DNA of 64,000 nucleotides from a candidate division WOR-3 bacterium (GTDB lineage Bacteria; Hydrothermota; Tepidihabitantia; Tepidihabitantales; Tepidihabitantaceae). The translations under genes were made by a program, and so were the position numbers. Positions within the stretch are counted from its first letter, which is position 1. Every line of letters starts with the position of its first letter. The notes beneath the pieces were generated by a model. That model ran no database searches and was not told where the DNA came from. It was given only the letters and a program-made list of their open reading frames with translations. The stretch spans positions 21,512 to 85,511 of the forward strand of contig CBFGJX010000008.1 of assembly GCA_965649225.1 (NCBI GenBank), given 5' to 3'. Positions 27,333 through 36,718 of the stretch are shown here, one piece after another.

Positions 27333-27891
27333 CTGATTCTCCTTCGGGCCGGCCCGCACGGCCGACCGGGTTGGTGAAGTCGTATTCAGTGTTGCCAATC
27401 CGGACCGCGTCGCCGCCGATGCCAGCGGGGCGCAGCGAGCGGGAGAGCCCCGGGTCGGTCCAGATTGCCATTGCCCGCCATTGCATCGGCCGAGCCGAGT
27501 CGCTTTCGACCAGGTAGGCCCAGACCACCCGGACGCGGCGGCGCTGACGACGGTTGGCCATTTCCAAAGTTGTGTAGAGCAACCGGTCGAGCGCAATGCG
27601 CAGGGCGGAGTCGGAAAGCCCGGCCGGGACAACGGCCCGAACCGTGAGTCGCTCGATGCTGCCAAGCGGCTGTTCGATTGTTTCGAGCAACCGCCACTGC
27701 GGTCCGGGTTCGGTCGGCTCCGGCGGCACCAGGCCGGGACGCCGGGGGGGCGATATGAGTAACAGTCCGGCGCCGACCGCCGACAGTATCAGAACGAAAA
27801 GCCAGTAACGGCTGCGGCCGCGGCCCCAGCGCATCCGGTCAACAAGCGAGGGCTTTTCGAGCTGGCGTGGCCGGGAGCGCAAAGATATCAT
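27322..27891 (-). CDS. Hypothetical membrane-anchored protein (N-terminal TM helix)
   Basis: YWLFVLILSAVGAGLLLIS is a TM segment. It overlaps the downstream gene start by 11 nt (operonic). No domain is recognised. Confidence 0.4.
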   Translation of the reverse strand: MISLRSRPRQLEKPSLVDRMRWGRGRSRYWLFVLILSAVGAGLLLISPPRRPGLVPPEPTEPGPQWRLLETIEQPLGSIERLTVRAVVPAGLSDSALRIALDRLLYTTLEMANRRQRRRVRVVWAYLVESDSARPMQWRAMAIWTDPGLSRSLRPAGIGGDAVRIGNTEYDFTNPVGRAGRPEGESDDN

Positions 27892-27993
27892 TACCCGCTG
27901 GTAATTCTATCGGTGTCGGCGCGTCGCGCAAGCCGGACCGGGCGGCCAGTCGCCTTGACAGGCCAGAGGTCGTGACTAGTATTGGGCGCAATC

Positions 27994-28066
27994 GCCGGCG
28001 TAGCTCAGTCGGCAGAGCAGCGGTTTCGTAAACCGCAGGTCATCGGTTCGAATCCGATCGCCGGCT
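27994..28066 (+). tRNA. tRNA-Thr (anticodon CGU)
   Basis: GCCGGCGTAGCTCAGTCGGCAGAGCAGCGGTTTCGTAAACCGCAGGTCATCGGTTCGAATCCGATCGCCGGCT folds as a cloverleaf with the anticodon loop TTCGTAA. The ORF track translates straight through it. Confidence 0.85.
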
Positions 28067-28107
28067 TGACTGGCACGGCAGTGCCGTTATTCTCTGCGCA
28101 CCTGGGT

Positions 28108-30057
28108 ATGGAACGTAAACTGGTCCTGCTCTTCGGACTGTTGCTGGTGCTGACTCCGTCGGCGTCGGCGGCAACGCGCCGGGCCGCCCCATTCGCGCTT
28201 GCCTCACCACTGCTTTTCGCCGCGATTCTGAGCCGTGGCCGCGACCCGCGGCGTGAGGCCGAGGAACAGGCGGCGTTTGAGGAGGCCGAACGTCAGCGGG
28301 CCGAACGCCGGGCCCGGGCAGTCTTCGATCACTTTGTTGATGCCAGCCCGGTCAGCATTGAGATTTTTGACCCGAAGGGCAAACCCCTGCGCAGCAACAA
28401 GGCGGCCGAGCGGCTGCTGGGCAAGGTGCCACCACCGGGCATTTCGCTTTTTGAGCCGCGCGGACTGAAGCGGGCCGGGCTGCTCGAGCCGCAACTGAAA
28501 CGGGTGCTGGCCGGCACCCGGGTCGAGACGCCGCCAACATGGTACGACCCGACCGAAATCGGCCTGCCCGGCATTCCGGGGCGCAAGGTTTGCTTCCGGG
28601 CAACGGTTTTCCCGCTGTTCGACAACGAGGGCAGGCTGGTTGGTATCGCGGTGATGCATGAGGACCTGACCGAGCTCAAGGCAGCTCAGCAGGCGGCAAA
28701 AGAGGCGGAAGAACGGGCACGGGAAGCCGCGGCGGCGGTGCCGGAGCCGGTACCCGAGCCGGTGGTGCTGCCGCCGGATGCCGACCCGCGCGATATCGAG
28801 TTTCAACGGCGCAAGCTGGAAGCGGCGCTGCGCGAGAGTGAGGAGCGGTTCCGGTCGGTGTTTGATTCGGCGCGCGGGTACGCGCTGGTTCGATTCGGCG
28901 AGCCGGGGCAGATTATCTGCGCCAGCCCGACCGTGGTCGAAATCTGGGGCGTTGCCCGGGACGATATCGTCCGCAACGGCACGCTGTACTTTGCTCAGGT
29001 CCATCCGCAGGACCTGGATCGGGTAATGGATGTTGAAGCCCAGGCCCGTCGGGCCGGTGCCTATCCGGTCGGCTACGAGTTTCGGGTTGTCAACAAGACC
29101 ACCGGGGCCGTACGCTGGGTCGAGGTGCGCGGTTCACAGGTCGCAATCGGCAACCGCAAGGTGATGGATGCGCTGATTCAGGACGTTACCGATCGCCACG
29201 CGGTTGAAGCGGCACTGAATCAGCGGCAGCAGGATATCGGTGTTCTGATCAACAGCGCCATTGACGGAGTCGTAACCGTTGACCGGGAGTGGGTTGTCAA
29301 GGCCTGGAGTCCGGGAGCAGAGCGGGAAACCCGGCTGCCGGCAGCGGCTACGGTCGGCAAGCGGCTCTGGGATGTCTATCCGCAGCTGGAGCAGGCGGGT
29401 TTTGCCGCCGGCCTGCGGCGGACGATGACCGATCGGACACCGGTGACTTTTGAAGGATTCTATGGCGATGGCCGGGAGCGTTTTTCCGGCTGGTTCTGTT
29501 TCAGTTCCTATCCTCTTGATGACGGGCTGCTGCTGTTGGTGCGCAATACCACCCAGCGGCGCCGGGCGGAACTGGCCTGGCAGGAGGCCGAAACCCGGCT
29601 GCGGTCGCTGTTTGACCAGCCCGGGCTGGCGATAACTCTGAAAGACCTGCAGTTGCGTTACATTCTGGCCAATGATGCCGCGTTGAAGGCCTATGCCGTT
29701 TCGGCCGGAGAGGTGGTGCTGGGCAAAACCGACCCCGAGCTGTTCAATGCCCGGGTTTCAGCGCTGCTGGCAACTCACGACCGGCAGGTGATTGAAACCG
29801 GTCGGCCGGTTGAAATTGAAATCGCCCTCCCAGATGGCGCCGCCGCCAACGCAATGTGGTATCACATCGTCAAGCAACCGTGGAAAAACGCCGCCGGCGA
29901 AGTGCTGGGCGTTTTTGACATCGCCTGGGATATCACTGCCCGGGTCAATGCGCAGAACGAACTGGCCCGCCGGCGTGAGTATGTTGCCGGTCTGGTTGCC
30001 GAGGGCAGCCAGCTGTTGCAGCGGGCGCAGGAAGACCTAAAGCGCTGGTCGAGCTGA
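28108..30057 (+). CDS. Multi-PAS-domain sensor protein (about 4 PAS/PAC modules, coiled coil) with no recognisable output domain
   Basis: ATG at 28108 (MERKLVLLFGLLLVLTPSASA is a signal/TM segment). The repeated PAS signatures are …VSIEIFDPKGKP…, …GQIICASPTVVEIWGV…, …GVLINSAIDGVVTVDREWVVKAW… and …LAITLKDLQLRYILANDAALKAY…. No HisKA, HATPase, GGDEF, EAL or HTH follows. Confidence 0.7.
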   Translation: MERKLVLLFGLLLVLTPSASAATRRAAPFALASPLLFAAILSRGRDPRREAEEQAAFEEAERQRAERRARAVFDHFVDASPVSIEIFDPKGKPLRSNKAAERLLGKVPPPGISLFEPRGLKRAGLLEPQLKRVLAGTRVETPPTWYDPTEIGLPGIPGRKVCFRATVFPLFDNEGRLVGIAVMHEDLTELKAAQQAAKEAEERAREAAAAVPEPVPEPVVLPPDADPRDIEFQRRKLEAALRESEERFRSVFDSARGYALVRFGEPGQIICASPTVVEIWGVARDDIVRNGTLYFAQVHPQDLDRVMDVEAQARRAGAYPVGYEFRVVNKTTGAVRWVEVRGSQVAIGNRKVMDALIQDVTDRHAVEAALNQRQQDIGVLINSAIDGVVTVDREWVVKAWSPGAERETRLPAAATVGKRLWDVYPQLEQAGFAAGLRRTMTDRTPVTFEGFYGDGRERFSGWFCFSSYPLDDGLLLLVRNTTQRRRAELAWQEAETRLRSLFDQPGLAITLKDLQLRYILANDAALKAYAVSAGEVVLGKTDPELFNARVSALLATHDRQVIETGRPVEIEIALPDGAAANAMWYHIVKQPWKNAAGEVLGVFDIAWDITARVNAQNELARRREYVAGLVAEGSQLLQRAQEDLKRWSS

Positions 30058-30103
30058 CCCGCGACAGCTTGGATTCATTTCCGAACGGTTCGCGGACACT
30101 ACC

Positions 30104-31840
30104 GTGAAAAAGAAGCAGCGACCACCGGTGACAGCAAAACCTCAGGCTGAGTCAACCGGCCTGACCCGGTTCGCGCGCCGGTGGGGACTGCTGCTGGCGG
30201 TTGCCATCGCAGTGCTGGGTCTGGCGCTGCGGGCGTCAGACCTGCGCGCTGACCCGCCGCCCGATCTGAGCTGGAGTTTTGCACCCTACACCGACGAGGG
30301 GCTGAATACCTATTCGGCGCGCAATTTCGTCCTCTACGGTGCGTGGAAAACCGACGACTTTTTCCCGTTTGTGGTGTATCCGCTGGTGAATTATCTGGTG
30401 GCACTGGTGTTTCGACTGTTTGGCATCGGTTTTGTCCAGGTGAAGCTGGTGTCGCTGGTCGCAGCGGTGCTGGGCGTGCTGGCCGCCTGGTTGCTGGCCC
30501 GCGAGGGCGGTGGTGAGTTGGGCGGGGTACTGGCGGCACTGCTGGTCGCGACGTCCTATCCGCTGGTAATGTATGGCCGGCTCGGTCTGATCGAGACCGT
30601 GCAGATTCTCTTCCTGCTGTTTACCGGCTGGTGCTGGGTGCGGGGGCTTGACCGGCCGCTGCCGATGATTCTGGCCGGGTTTTTTGCCGCAGCCACGGTG
30701 CTGCTGGTCAAAATCTCGGCAGTATTCATCGCCCCGGTAATGGTGGTGGTGTTCGCCTGGGAGTTTTTCGAGCGGCGCGACCGGGCCGGTCGGGTTGAAC
30801 TGCTGCGCCGGCTGGGACTGTTTATTGCCGGGGTTGGCGTCGCAGTTGCGGTCTGGCTGATTGCGGTCTTGCTGCCGCATCGGGCCGACTATCTGCGTTA
30901 TGTGCTGCGTCACTCGTTTGAGTCGCCGGCCGGACATCCTGAGGGGCTGACGGCTTATCTGTTCAATACTTTCACCGTCGGCGTGCGTTCCCGAATCGTG
31001 CCGCGCACTGCCTGGACCGCATTGCTGGGAATCATCGCCCTGCCGGTGCTGGCGCTGGGTCGCCGACCGGCGCTGCGCTATGTGCTGGCATGGTTCGTCT
31101 TTGGAGTCCTGCTGCTGGGCTATATGAACTACCGGCCGCCCCGGTACGAGATTATCATCATTCCGGCACTGGCCGTTGCGGCCGCGGTGATGCTTGCCCG
31201 GCTGCTTGAAGGCGGTGTGCTGCTGCCCCGGCTCCGGCCGACAATTGGCAAGAGCATCCTCGCCGCGCTGTGGCTGTGGCCGGTTTGTCTGCAACTTGCC
31301 CTGTACACGGGCGGGTTTTGGGGTCTGCTCAAACCGCGCAGCGAGGGCGAACTGCTGGTGGCGGCGGCGGTCGTTGCGGCAGTGCTGGCGGCGCTGGCTC
31401 ATCTGCTTTTCCGCATCGTCAAGTCGCCGCGGCTGGTGCGGGGGACGTTTGCCCGGCTGGCGCTAGCCGCAGTGCCGCTGCTGCTGATACTGCAGCTGGA
31501 CCTGGGTCAGTATGGCCGCTGGTTTGAGAATCGGACCCACAATATGGTGGCATTCGCGCGCGAACTGGATGCCGCTTTGCCCGAAAAGGCGGTGCTGGCC
31601 GGCGGCTGGGCACCGGCGCTGTTGCTGGAGTCGCGCAAGCGGGCCTTGTGTATTACCGACTGGGCCAACATCGACGACCCGGTGGGGCGGTTTGGTGTTA
31701 CGCACCTGGTTTCGCCGGAAAACGGCTTCGACTATCGGCTGTTCAGCGAGCAGTATCCGGAACTGATGGCCCGTGCCGAAGTGCTGCGCCGGTTCAATGT
31801 CCGGGGCCTGGTGCTGACCGTGTACAGTCTGCCGCGCTAG
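30104..31840 (+). CDS. GT-C membrane glycosyltransferase of the GT39/PMT_2 (ArnT / protein O-mannosyltransferase-like) family
   Basis: At least 10 predicted TM helices. An N-terminal loop with DE (APYTDEGLNTYSARN), reminiscent of the PMT/ArnT catalytic loop. The C-terminal periplasmic domain is about 120 aa. Confidence 0.6.
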   Translation: MKKKQRPPVTAKPQAESTGLTRFARRWGLLLAVAIAVLGLALRASDLRADPPPDLSWSFAPYTDEGLNTYSARNFVLYGAWKTDDFFPFVVYPLVNYLVALVFRLFGIGFVQVKLVSLVAAVLGVLAAWLLAREGGGELGGVLAALLVATSYPLVMYGRLGLIETVQILFLLFTGWCWVRGLDRPLPMILAGFFAAATVLLVKISAVFIAPVMVVVFAWEFFERRDRAGRVELLRRLGLFIAGVGVAVAVWLIAVLLPHRADYLRYVLRHSFESPAGHPEGLTAYLFNTFTVGVRSRIVPRTAWTALLGIIALPVLALGRRPALRYVLAWFVFGVLLLGYMNYRPPRYEIIIIPALAVAAAVMLARLLEGGVLLPRLRPTIGKSILAALWLWPVCLQLALYTGGFWGLLKPRSEGELLVAAAVVAAVLAALAHLLFRIVKSPRLVRGTFARLALAAVPLLLILQLDLGQYGRWFENRTHNMVAFARELDAALPEKAVLAGGWAPALLLESRKRALCITDWANIDDPVGRFGVTHLVSPENGFDYRLFSEQYPELMARAEVLRRFNVRGLVLTVYSLPR

Positions 31841-32670
31841 GCACGGGGCCGGCCGCAGACCCGGCAGGGGCGGCGTTTGGGCGAGAAGATGGCCGCGAGT
31901 GCAAACAGTGCCGTCGCAACGATCACAATCGCCGCACCCGACGGCAGTTCAAGAAAGTAGGAAAGCGCCAGACCGGCGACGCACGACAGCACCGCTGCCA
32001 GCCACGACAGCACGAACAGTCGGCGGAAACTGGTGGTGAGCTGGAACGCGGTCGCGGCCGGCGTCACCAGCAGCGCTTCGACCAGGATGATGCCGACCGC
32101 CTTGATGGCGATGACTACCGAGAGCGCGAGCAGGCCGAGCAGTACCGCACCGAGCCGGCCAGTGGCGAGGCCGCTCGCCTCGGCCATTTCTTCATCGAAA
32201 GCGAGAAACTGCAGTTCCTTGAACAGCAGTGCGACCGTGGCGAGCACGACGACCGCGAGGACGGCCATCAACGCAAGATTCCCGGGTGTGATGCCCAGCA
32301 CGTTGCCGAAGAGGTAGCCATAGACCCGTGCGTCGTAGCGCCGCATCAGGCCGATGAAAAGCACGCCCAGCGCCATGGTGAAGGCAAAGAAGATACCGAT
32401 GGCCGAGTCGGCGCGCAGCCGGGTGCGACGGATTGCGACCTGAATGAGCCCGGCGGTACCGAGACAGAACATTATCGCCGTCACCAGCGGGTTGAGTGCG
32501 AGGAGAAACCCGAGCGCAACTCCGCCGAAAGAGGCATGGGCTAGTCCCGACCCGGCGAATGCCATCCCGCGTAGCACCACGAACACGCCGACGATTGAAC
32601 AGACGGTGGCGACCAGGAGCGCCCCGGCGAGTGCCCGCTGCATGAATGTCTGTTCGAGGAACTCAAGCAT
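31837..32670 (-). CDS. ABC-3 family metal (Zn/Mn) ABC transporter permease (ZnuB/MntB-like)
   Basis: ATG at 32670. A polytopic permease with the conserved …NPLVTAIMFCLGTAGL… and …ILVEALLVTPAATA… segments. Confidence 0.8.
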   Translation of the reverse strand: MLEFLEQTFMQRALAGALLVATVCSIVGVFVVLRGMAFAGSGLAHASFGGVALGFLLALNPLVTAIMFCLGTAGLIQVAIRRTRLRADSAIGIFFAFTMALGVLFIGLMRRYDARVYGYLFGNVLGITPGNLALMAVLAVVVLATVALLFKELQFLAFDEEMAEASGLATGRLGAVLLGLLALSVVIAIKAVGIILVEALLVTPAATAFQLTTSFRRLFVLSWLAAVLSCVAGLALSYFLELPSGAAIVIVATALFALAAIFSPKRRPCRVCGRPRA

Positions 32671-33445
32671 GGCTGTCACCGACGTAGATATAGCGGCGCC
32701 CGGCCTCTTCACTGATCATCACCGGCGCACCGTAGAGCCGTTCAAGCATCGAGCGGGTGAGCACCTCGGTACAGGGGCCGAAGGCCTGAACCGTGCGCTT
32801 CAGGTACATCACTTTGTCGACACAGGACATCACTTCGTTGATGTCATGGGTGACATAGAGCGTGGTCAGGCTGCGCTCAGTGTGAAGCCGGCGAATCAGT
32901 TCGACCATCGTCTGGCGCGTGGCAGCATCGACAGCCGAGGTCGGTTCATCGAGCAGCAGTACCGCCGGTTCGTTGACGAGAGCACGGGCCAGAAGCAGGC
33001 GTTGCTGTTGCCCGCCGGAGAGATGGCCGGCGACATGGCCGGCGGAATCGGCGAGGCCAACTGCGGCCAGCGCCGCTAGGGCACGTTCCCGCTCACGCCG
33101 GCCCGGGCTCCGCCCGATGCCCAGCCGGGGATAGGTACCCATCAGTACCGCTTCCAGTACCGAAATCGGAAAGTCCGGGTCAATCGCCCGGCGTTGCGGC
33201 ACGTAGCCGATGCGAGACCGGGCTCTGGGCGGGGTGGTGCCGAGCACCGTTATCCGGCCGGCAGCGGGTTTTACCAGTCCGAGGATTGCCTTGAACAGCG
33301 TGGTCTTGCCCGAGCCGTTCGGGCCGACCACACCGAGAAACTCGCCCGAGTCAAGCCGGAAGGTGATATCTTCAAGTGCCGGCCCGCGCGAAAAGACCAC
33401 GGTCAGTCGGTCGCAGTCGATTGCCGGCGGCGGGGCGGTATTCAC
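32663..33445 (-). CDS. Metal ABC transporter ATP-binding protein (ZnuC/MntA-like)
   Basis: GTG at 33443-45 overlaps the pepA stop (GTGA). Walker A GPNGSGKTTL, signature LSGGQQQR, Walker B LLLDEP. Confidence 0.85.
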   Translation of the reverse strand: MNTAPPPAIDCDRLTVVFSRGPALEDITFRLDSGEFLGVVGPNGSGKTTLFKAILGLVKPAAGRITVLGTTPPRARSRIGYVPQRRAIDPDFPISVLEAVLMGTYPRLGIGRSPGRRERERALAALAAVGLADSAGHVAGHLSGGQQQRLLLARALVNEPAVLLLDEPTSAVDAATRQTMVELIRRLHTERSLTTLYVTHDINEVMSCVDKVMYLKRTVQAFGPCTEVLTRSMLERLYGAPVMISEEAGRRYIYVGDSHA

Positions 33446-34926
33446 TGGCCGTGGGCGTGGACGAGGGCAATCATCGTGCGCAGGGGCACGCCAGTGGCGC
33501 CGGCCGGAGTGTATTCCCAGTCTTCCTTGGTAAACGAGGGGCCGGCGATGTCGATGTGCACCCAGGGTGTGCCCTCGGTGACGAACTCCTGCAGAAACAG
33601 GCCGGCGGTGATGGTGCCGGCGACGCCCGGCTTGCCGGTGTTTTTGATGTCGGCAACCTTGCTCTTGATGTGCTCGCGGTAACGTTTCACCAGCGGCAGT
33701 TCCCAGAAAAACTCGTCCTCTGCCAGTCCAAGCCGGATGATCTGTTCGATTGCGTTGCGGTCGGTTCCCAGCACTGCCGAGTATTCGTCGCCGAGTGCGA
33801 CGACACAGGCACCGGTGAGAGTGGCGATGTCCACAATCAGGTCGGGTTTGAACTGCCGGCAGGCGTAGGCGAGGGCGTCGGCCAGTATCAACCGGCCTTC
33901 GGCGTCGGTCGAGATTATTTCCGAGGTCTTGCCGCCATAGTGACGGACAACATCGCCCGGTTTGTGGGCGCCGCCACCGGGCATGTTTTCGGCCAGCGGA
34001 ACAAGGCCGTGCACCGCTACCGGAACGTCCACTTTCCGGAGATAGTGAAACAGACCCAGCACCGCGGCGGCGCCAGCCATGTCGTCTTTCATTGTCTCCA
34101 TGCCGGCGGCCGGCTTGATTGAGAGACCGCCCGAGTCGAAGGTGATGCCCTTGCCGATGAAGCAAAGGGTCTTTTTGGGTTTCGTCTTGGGCCGATAGGC
34201 GAGATGGACCAGACAGGGGGGTTCGTGCGAACCCCGGCCGACACCGAGGATGCCGCCCATGCCGAGTTTTTTCAGTTCGGCAGGCGTGAAAATCCGGACA
34301 CTGATACGGTTCGGCTGGGCCAGTTCGCTGCAGCGACGGGCCAGTCTGGGCGGTACTTTCGGGCTGGGGGGTTCATTGACGAGGTCGCGGGCAAAAGCCA
34401 CGGCGGCACAGCGCGTCGTGGCCAGTTCCACTGCCCGGGTGAGAGCAGTGTTGCGGGCTTTGGGGTCAGGCAGCACGAGTTCAAGCGTCTGCGGCGGACA
34501 GGGTTCATCGGGTTTCGGCGTGCGCCAGGCATCGAAGCGGTAGGTTGACAACGCGAATCCTTCGATTCCCCATGCAGCCCAGCGGTCCGGCTCGTTGGGA
34601 GTTTCGCCGGACACGGGTAACAGCAGACTGACTTTCTCAAGGCCGAGTTCGGCAGTGCGCCGGGCAGCGTTGGCCAGTGCGGCGCGGGCGCGCAGCGGCT
34701 CGAATTCCGCCCGCCGGCCGAGGCCACAGAGCAGCAGCCGGTATCCGCCGGCGTTGACCAGCGCGGTGCGTTTGAACTGGCCCTTGAAGTTTTCCGCCCT
34801 CGCGGCGGCAAGCAGTGGCGCAGCCTCGGACGCAGCGATGCCCAGCGGCGTTTTCTCATCCTCAAACAGAAGTGCAGTGAGTACCGGGCCGGCCCACCGC
34901 TGGCGATTGACAATCGTTACTTTCAT
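33442..34926 (-). CDS. pepA: Leucyl aminopeptidase (peptidase M17, PepA)
   Basis: ATG at 34926 is preceded by AAGGAG. The M17 signature NTDAEGRL is present as STDAEGRLILADAL, with GKGITFDSGG and MKDDMAGAAAV metal-site motifs. Confidence 0.85.
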   Translation of the reverse strand: MKVTIVNRQRWAGPVLTALLFEDEKTPLGIAASEAAPLLAAARAENFKGQFKRTALVNAGGYRLLLCGLGRRAEFEPLRARAALANAARRTAELGLEKVSLLLPVSGETPNEPDRWAAWGIEGFALSTYRFDAWRTPKPDEPCPPQTLELVLPDPKARNTALTRAVELATTRCAAVAFARDLVNEPPSPKVPPRLARRCSELAQPNRISVRIFTPAELKKLGMGGILGVGRGSHEPPCLVHLAYRPKTKPKKTLCFIGKGITFDSGGLSIKPAAGMETMKDDMAGAAAVLGLFHYLRKVDVPVAVHGLVPLAENMPGGGAHKPGDVVRHYGGKTSEIISTDAEGRLILADALAYACRQFKPDLIVDIATLTGACVVALGDEYSAVLGTDRNAIEQIIRLGLAEDEFFWELPLVKRYREHIKSKVADIKNTGKPGVAGTITAGLFLQEFVTEGTPWVHIDIAGPSFTKEDWEYTPAGATGVPLRTMIALVHAHGQ

Positions 34927-35146
34927 TTCCAACTCCTTGTGCGGTCTGGCTGTTATCGAGCGTATCATACGCCGGTGTGTGCCACGGGCAAGTCCAGTCA
35001 ACGTTTTGTCCGGCTGCCGGCGGCGAAGTTCGGCCGGCAGACCGGCGGTTAGTCGGCTGAGAAGATCGGTGAAACCGCTAGTTTCTGGCTGATTGACGTT
35101 GCCAGTTTGGGCAATAGCATTTCTCGTCCAACCGACAGGAGGTAAT

Positions 35147-36697
35147 TTGCTGCTTGTCCTGCTGACGATTCTTACGCAGACGCCGACTGTGCCGATGCGC
35201 TGCGCGACGCCGCTGTTCGAGAGCCTGAAGGCCGGCGGGTTGCCGCCGGCGCCGAAGCCCCGTCCGGCCGGCGAACGACTGCGCGTGGGCGATTCGCGCG
35301 TGATGTGGCTGCAGAACATGAGCGTGATGCCGCCGGTTCAGTTTCAGGCCAGTCTGACCTGTCGCGCGGTCGGCCCGCACTGCTACGTGATGGTCGAGGA
35401 CTCGGCATGGAACGCCGGCCAGGTTGATTCAGCCGACGTCGCGCGCATCGTCGAACGGTTCGATTTCTCCAGCCCGCGCGACAGCACGAAGGGCGTGTGG
35501 GGGCACAACACTTCGGTGCTGGGGATGCCGCCCGACGCCATCGACAACGACTCGGCCATCTACCTGCTCTACTACGACGTCGGCTCTTTCCACGGCTACT
35601 CTTTCGACGGGTTCTGGCAGTACTTCGACCAGTACTACGATACGACCGCGATGCGGCTGTGGGGCTACCATTCCAACGAGGTCGAGTGCGTGTACCTTGA
35701 CTGCTGGCCCAACAATCCGGCCGGCGATTACCGCATCGCCATTGTCGCGCACGAGTTCGGCCACATGATTCACTGGAACTATGACCCGGCCGAGTCGCTC
35801 TGGGTGGTCGAGGGCAACTGTGAGCTGGCGATGTGGCTGTACGGCACGCCCGACCCGGTGTCTTCCTTCCCGTCCAACCCGGACAATGACCTGACGAGCT
35901 GGACTGGGGCTTGGGCCGATTACATCAAGACCTACCTGTTTTTCCTCTACCTTTACGAGCAGTATGGCGGCCGGGTTGGTCTGGACCTGATTCACAATGT
36001 CATTGCCTCGCCGTTTGTCAGCATCGAGGGTATTGACTCGGCCTTCGCTGCAACCGGGCGGGACGAGCGGTTTACCGATGTCTTCGATAGCTGGGTGCTG
36101 GCCAACCGCATCAACGACACATCTTTCGCCGGCGGCCGGTACGGCTACTACGGTGAGCGCGTGCCGCGGTTCGGGGTTGCCGGTTACCATTTCACCTTCC
36201 CGGTAGCACGCAGCGGCGACCTGAACCGCTGGGCCGGCGAGTACATTCTCTTTCAGGGTGGGACCGGGCTTGCCGCGACTTTTGATGCCGCCGACAACGC
36301 CGATTTCCGGTTGTTTGTTGTCGGGCTGGACACGGTGAGACGGCGGCTGTTTCTGGACACGATTACGCTCGACTCGGCGGGCCGGGCCGACATCAGCGTG
36401 CCGGGGTTTGGCACGGACTGGCAGTCGGTATATCTCGTGCCGGTAAACCACACGCTTTCAGGGCGGCGGTCGTACAGCTACACCGCGAACGCTTCCGGTC
36501 TCGCCGAAGCAACGTCGGCCGGGCGTGGCCGTCTGTCTGTGCCAACGGTCTGTCGGGCAGGAGATTTGCGGCCGGGACTTGCCGACCGCCTGTTCGCTGC
36601 CGATGGACGCGTGATCCGGTCGCCCGCAGAACTCAAACCCGGAGTCTATTGGCTCAAGGCCGGCGAGGAGATTCGCCGGGTCGTGCTGGTGCCCTAG
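35147..36697 (+). CDS. Secreted HEXXH gluzincin metallopeptidase with a short class-B C-terminal sorting-type tail
   Basis: TTG at 35147 after AGGAGG (the alternative in-frame TTG at 35093 has no Shine-Dalgarno sequence). The zincin motif is AIVAHEFGHMIHWNYDP…E. The tail is …FAADGRVIRSPAELKPGVYWLKAGEEIRRVVLVP. Confidence 0.65.
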   Translation: MLLVLLTILTQTPTVPMRCATPLFESLKAGGLPPAPKPRPAGERLRVGDSRVMWLQNMSVMPPVQFQASLTCRAVGPHCYVMVEDSAWNAGQVDSADVARIVERFDFSSPRDSTKGVWGHNTSVLGMPPDAIDNDSAIYLLYYDVGSFHGYSFDGFWQYFDQYYDTTAMRLWGYHSNEVECVYLDCWPNNPAGDYRIAIVAHEFGHMIHWNYDPAESLWVVEGNCELAMWLYGTPDPVSSFPSNPDNDLTSWTGAWADYIKTYLFFLYLYEQYGGRVGLDLIHNVIASPFVSIEGIDSAFAATGRDERFTDVFDSWVLANRINDTSFAGGRYGYYGERVPRFGVAGYHFTFPVARSGDLNRWAGEYILFQGGTGLAATFDAADNADFRLFVVGLDTVRRRLFLDTITLDSAGRADISVPGFGTDWQSVYLVPVNHTLSGRRSYSYTANASGLAEATSAGRGRLSVPTVCRAGDLRPGLADRLFAADGRVIRSPAELKPGVYWLKAGEEIRRVVLVP

Positions 36698-36718
36698 ATC
36701 GCTGACAATGGAGGCTCT

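Noticed and set aside
27982-28107. The N-terminal 42 codons of the ORF-track protein 27982-30057
   Set aside because: This segment is the translated tRNA-Thr gene (27994-28066). The real start is ATG 28108.
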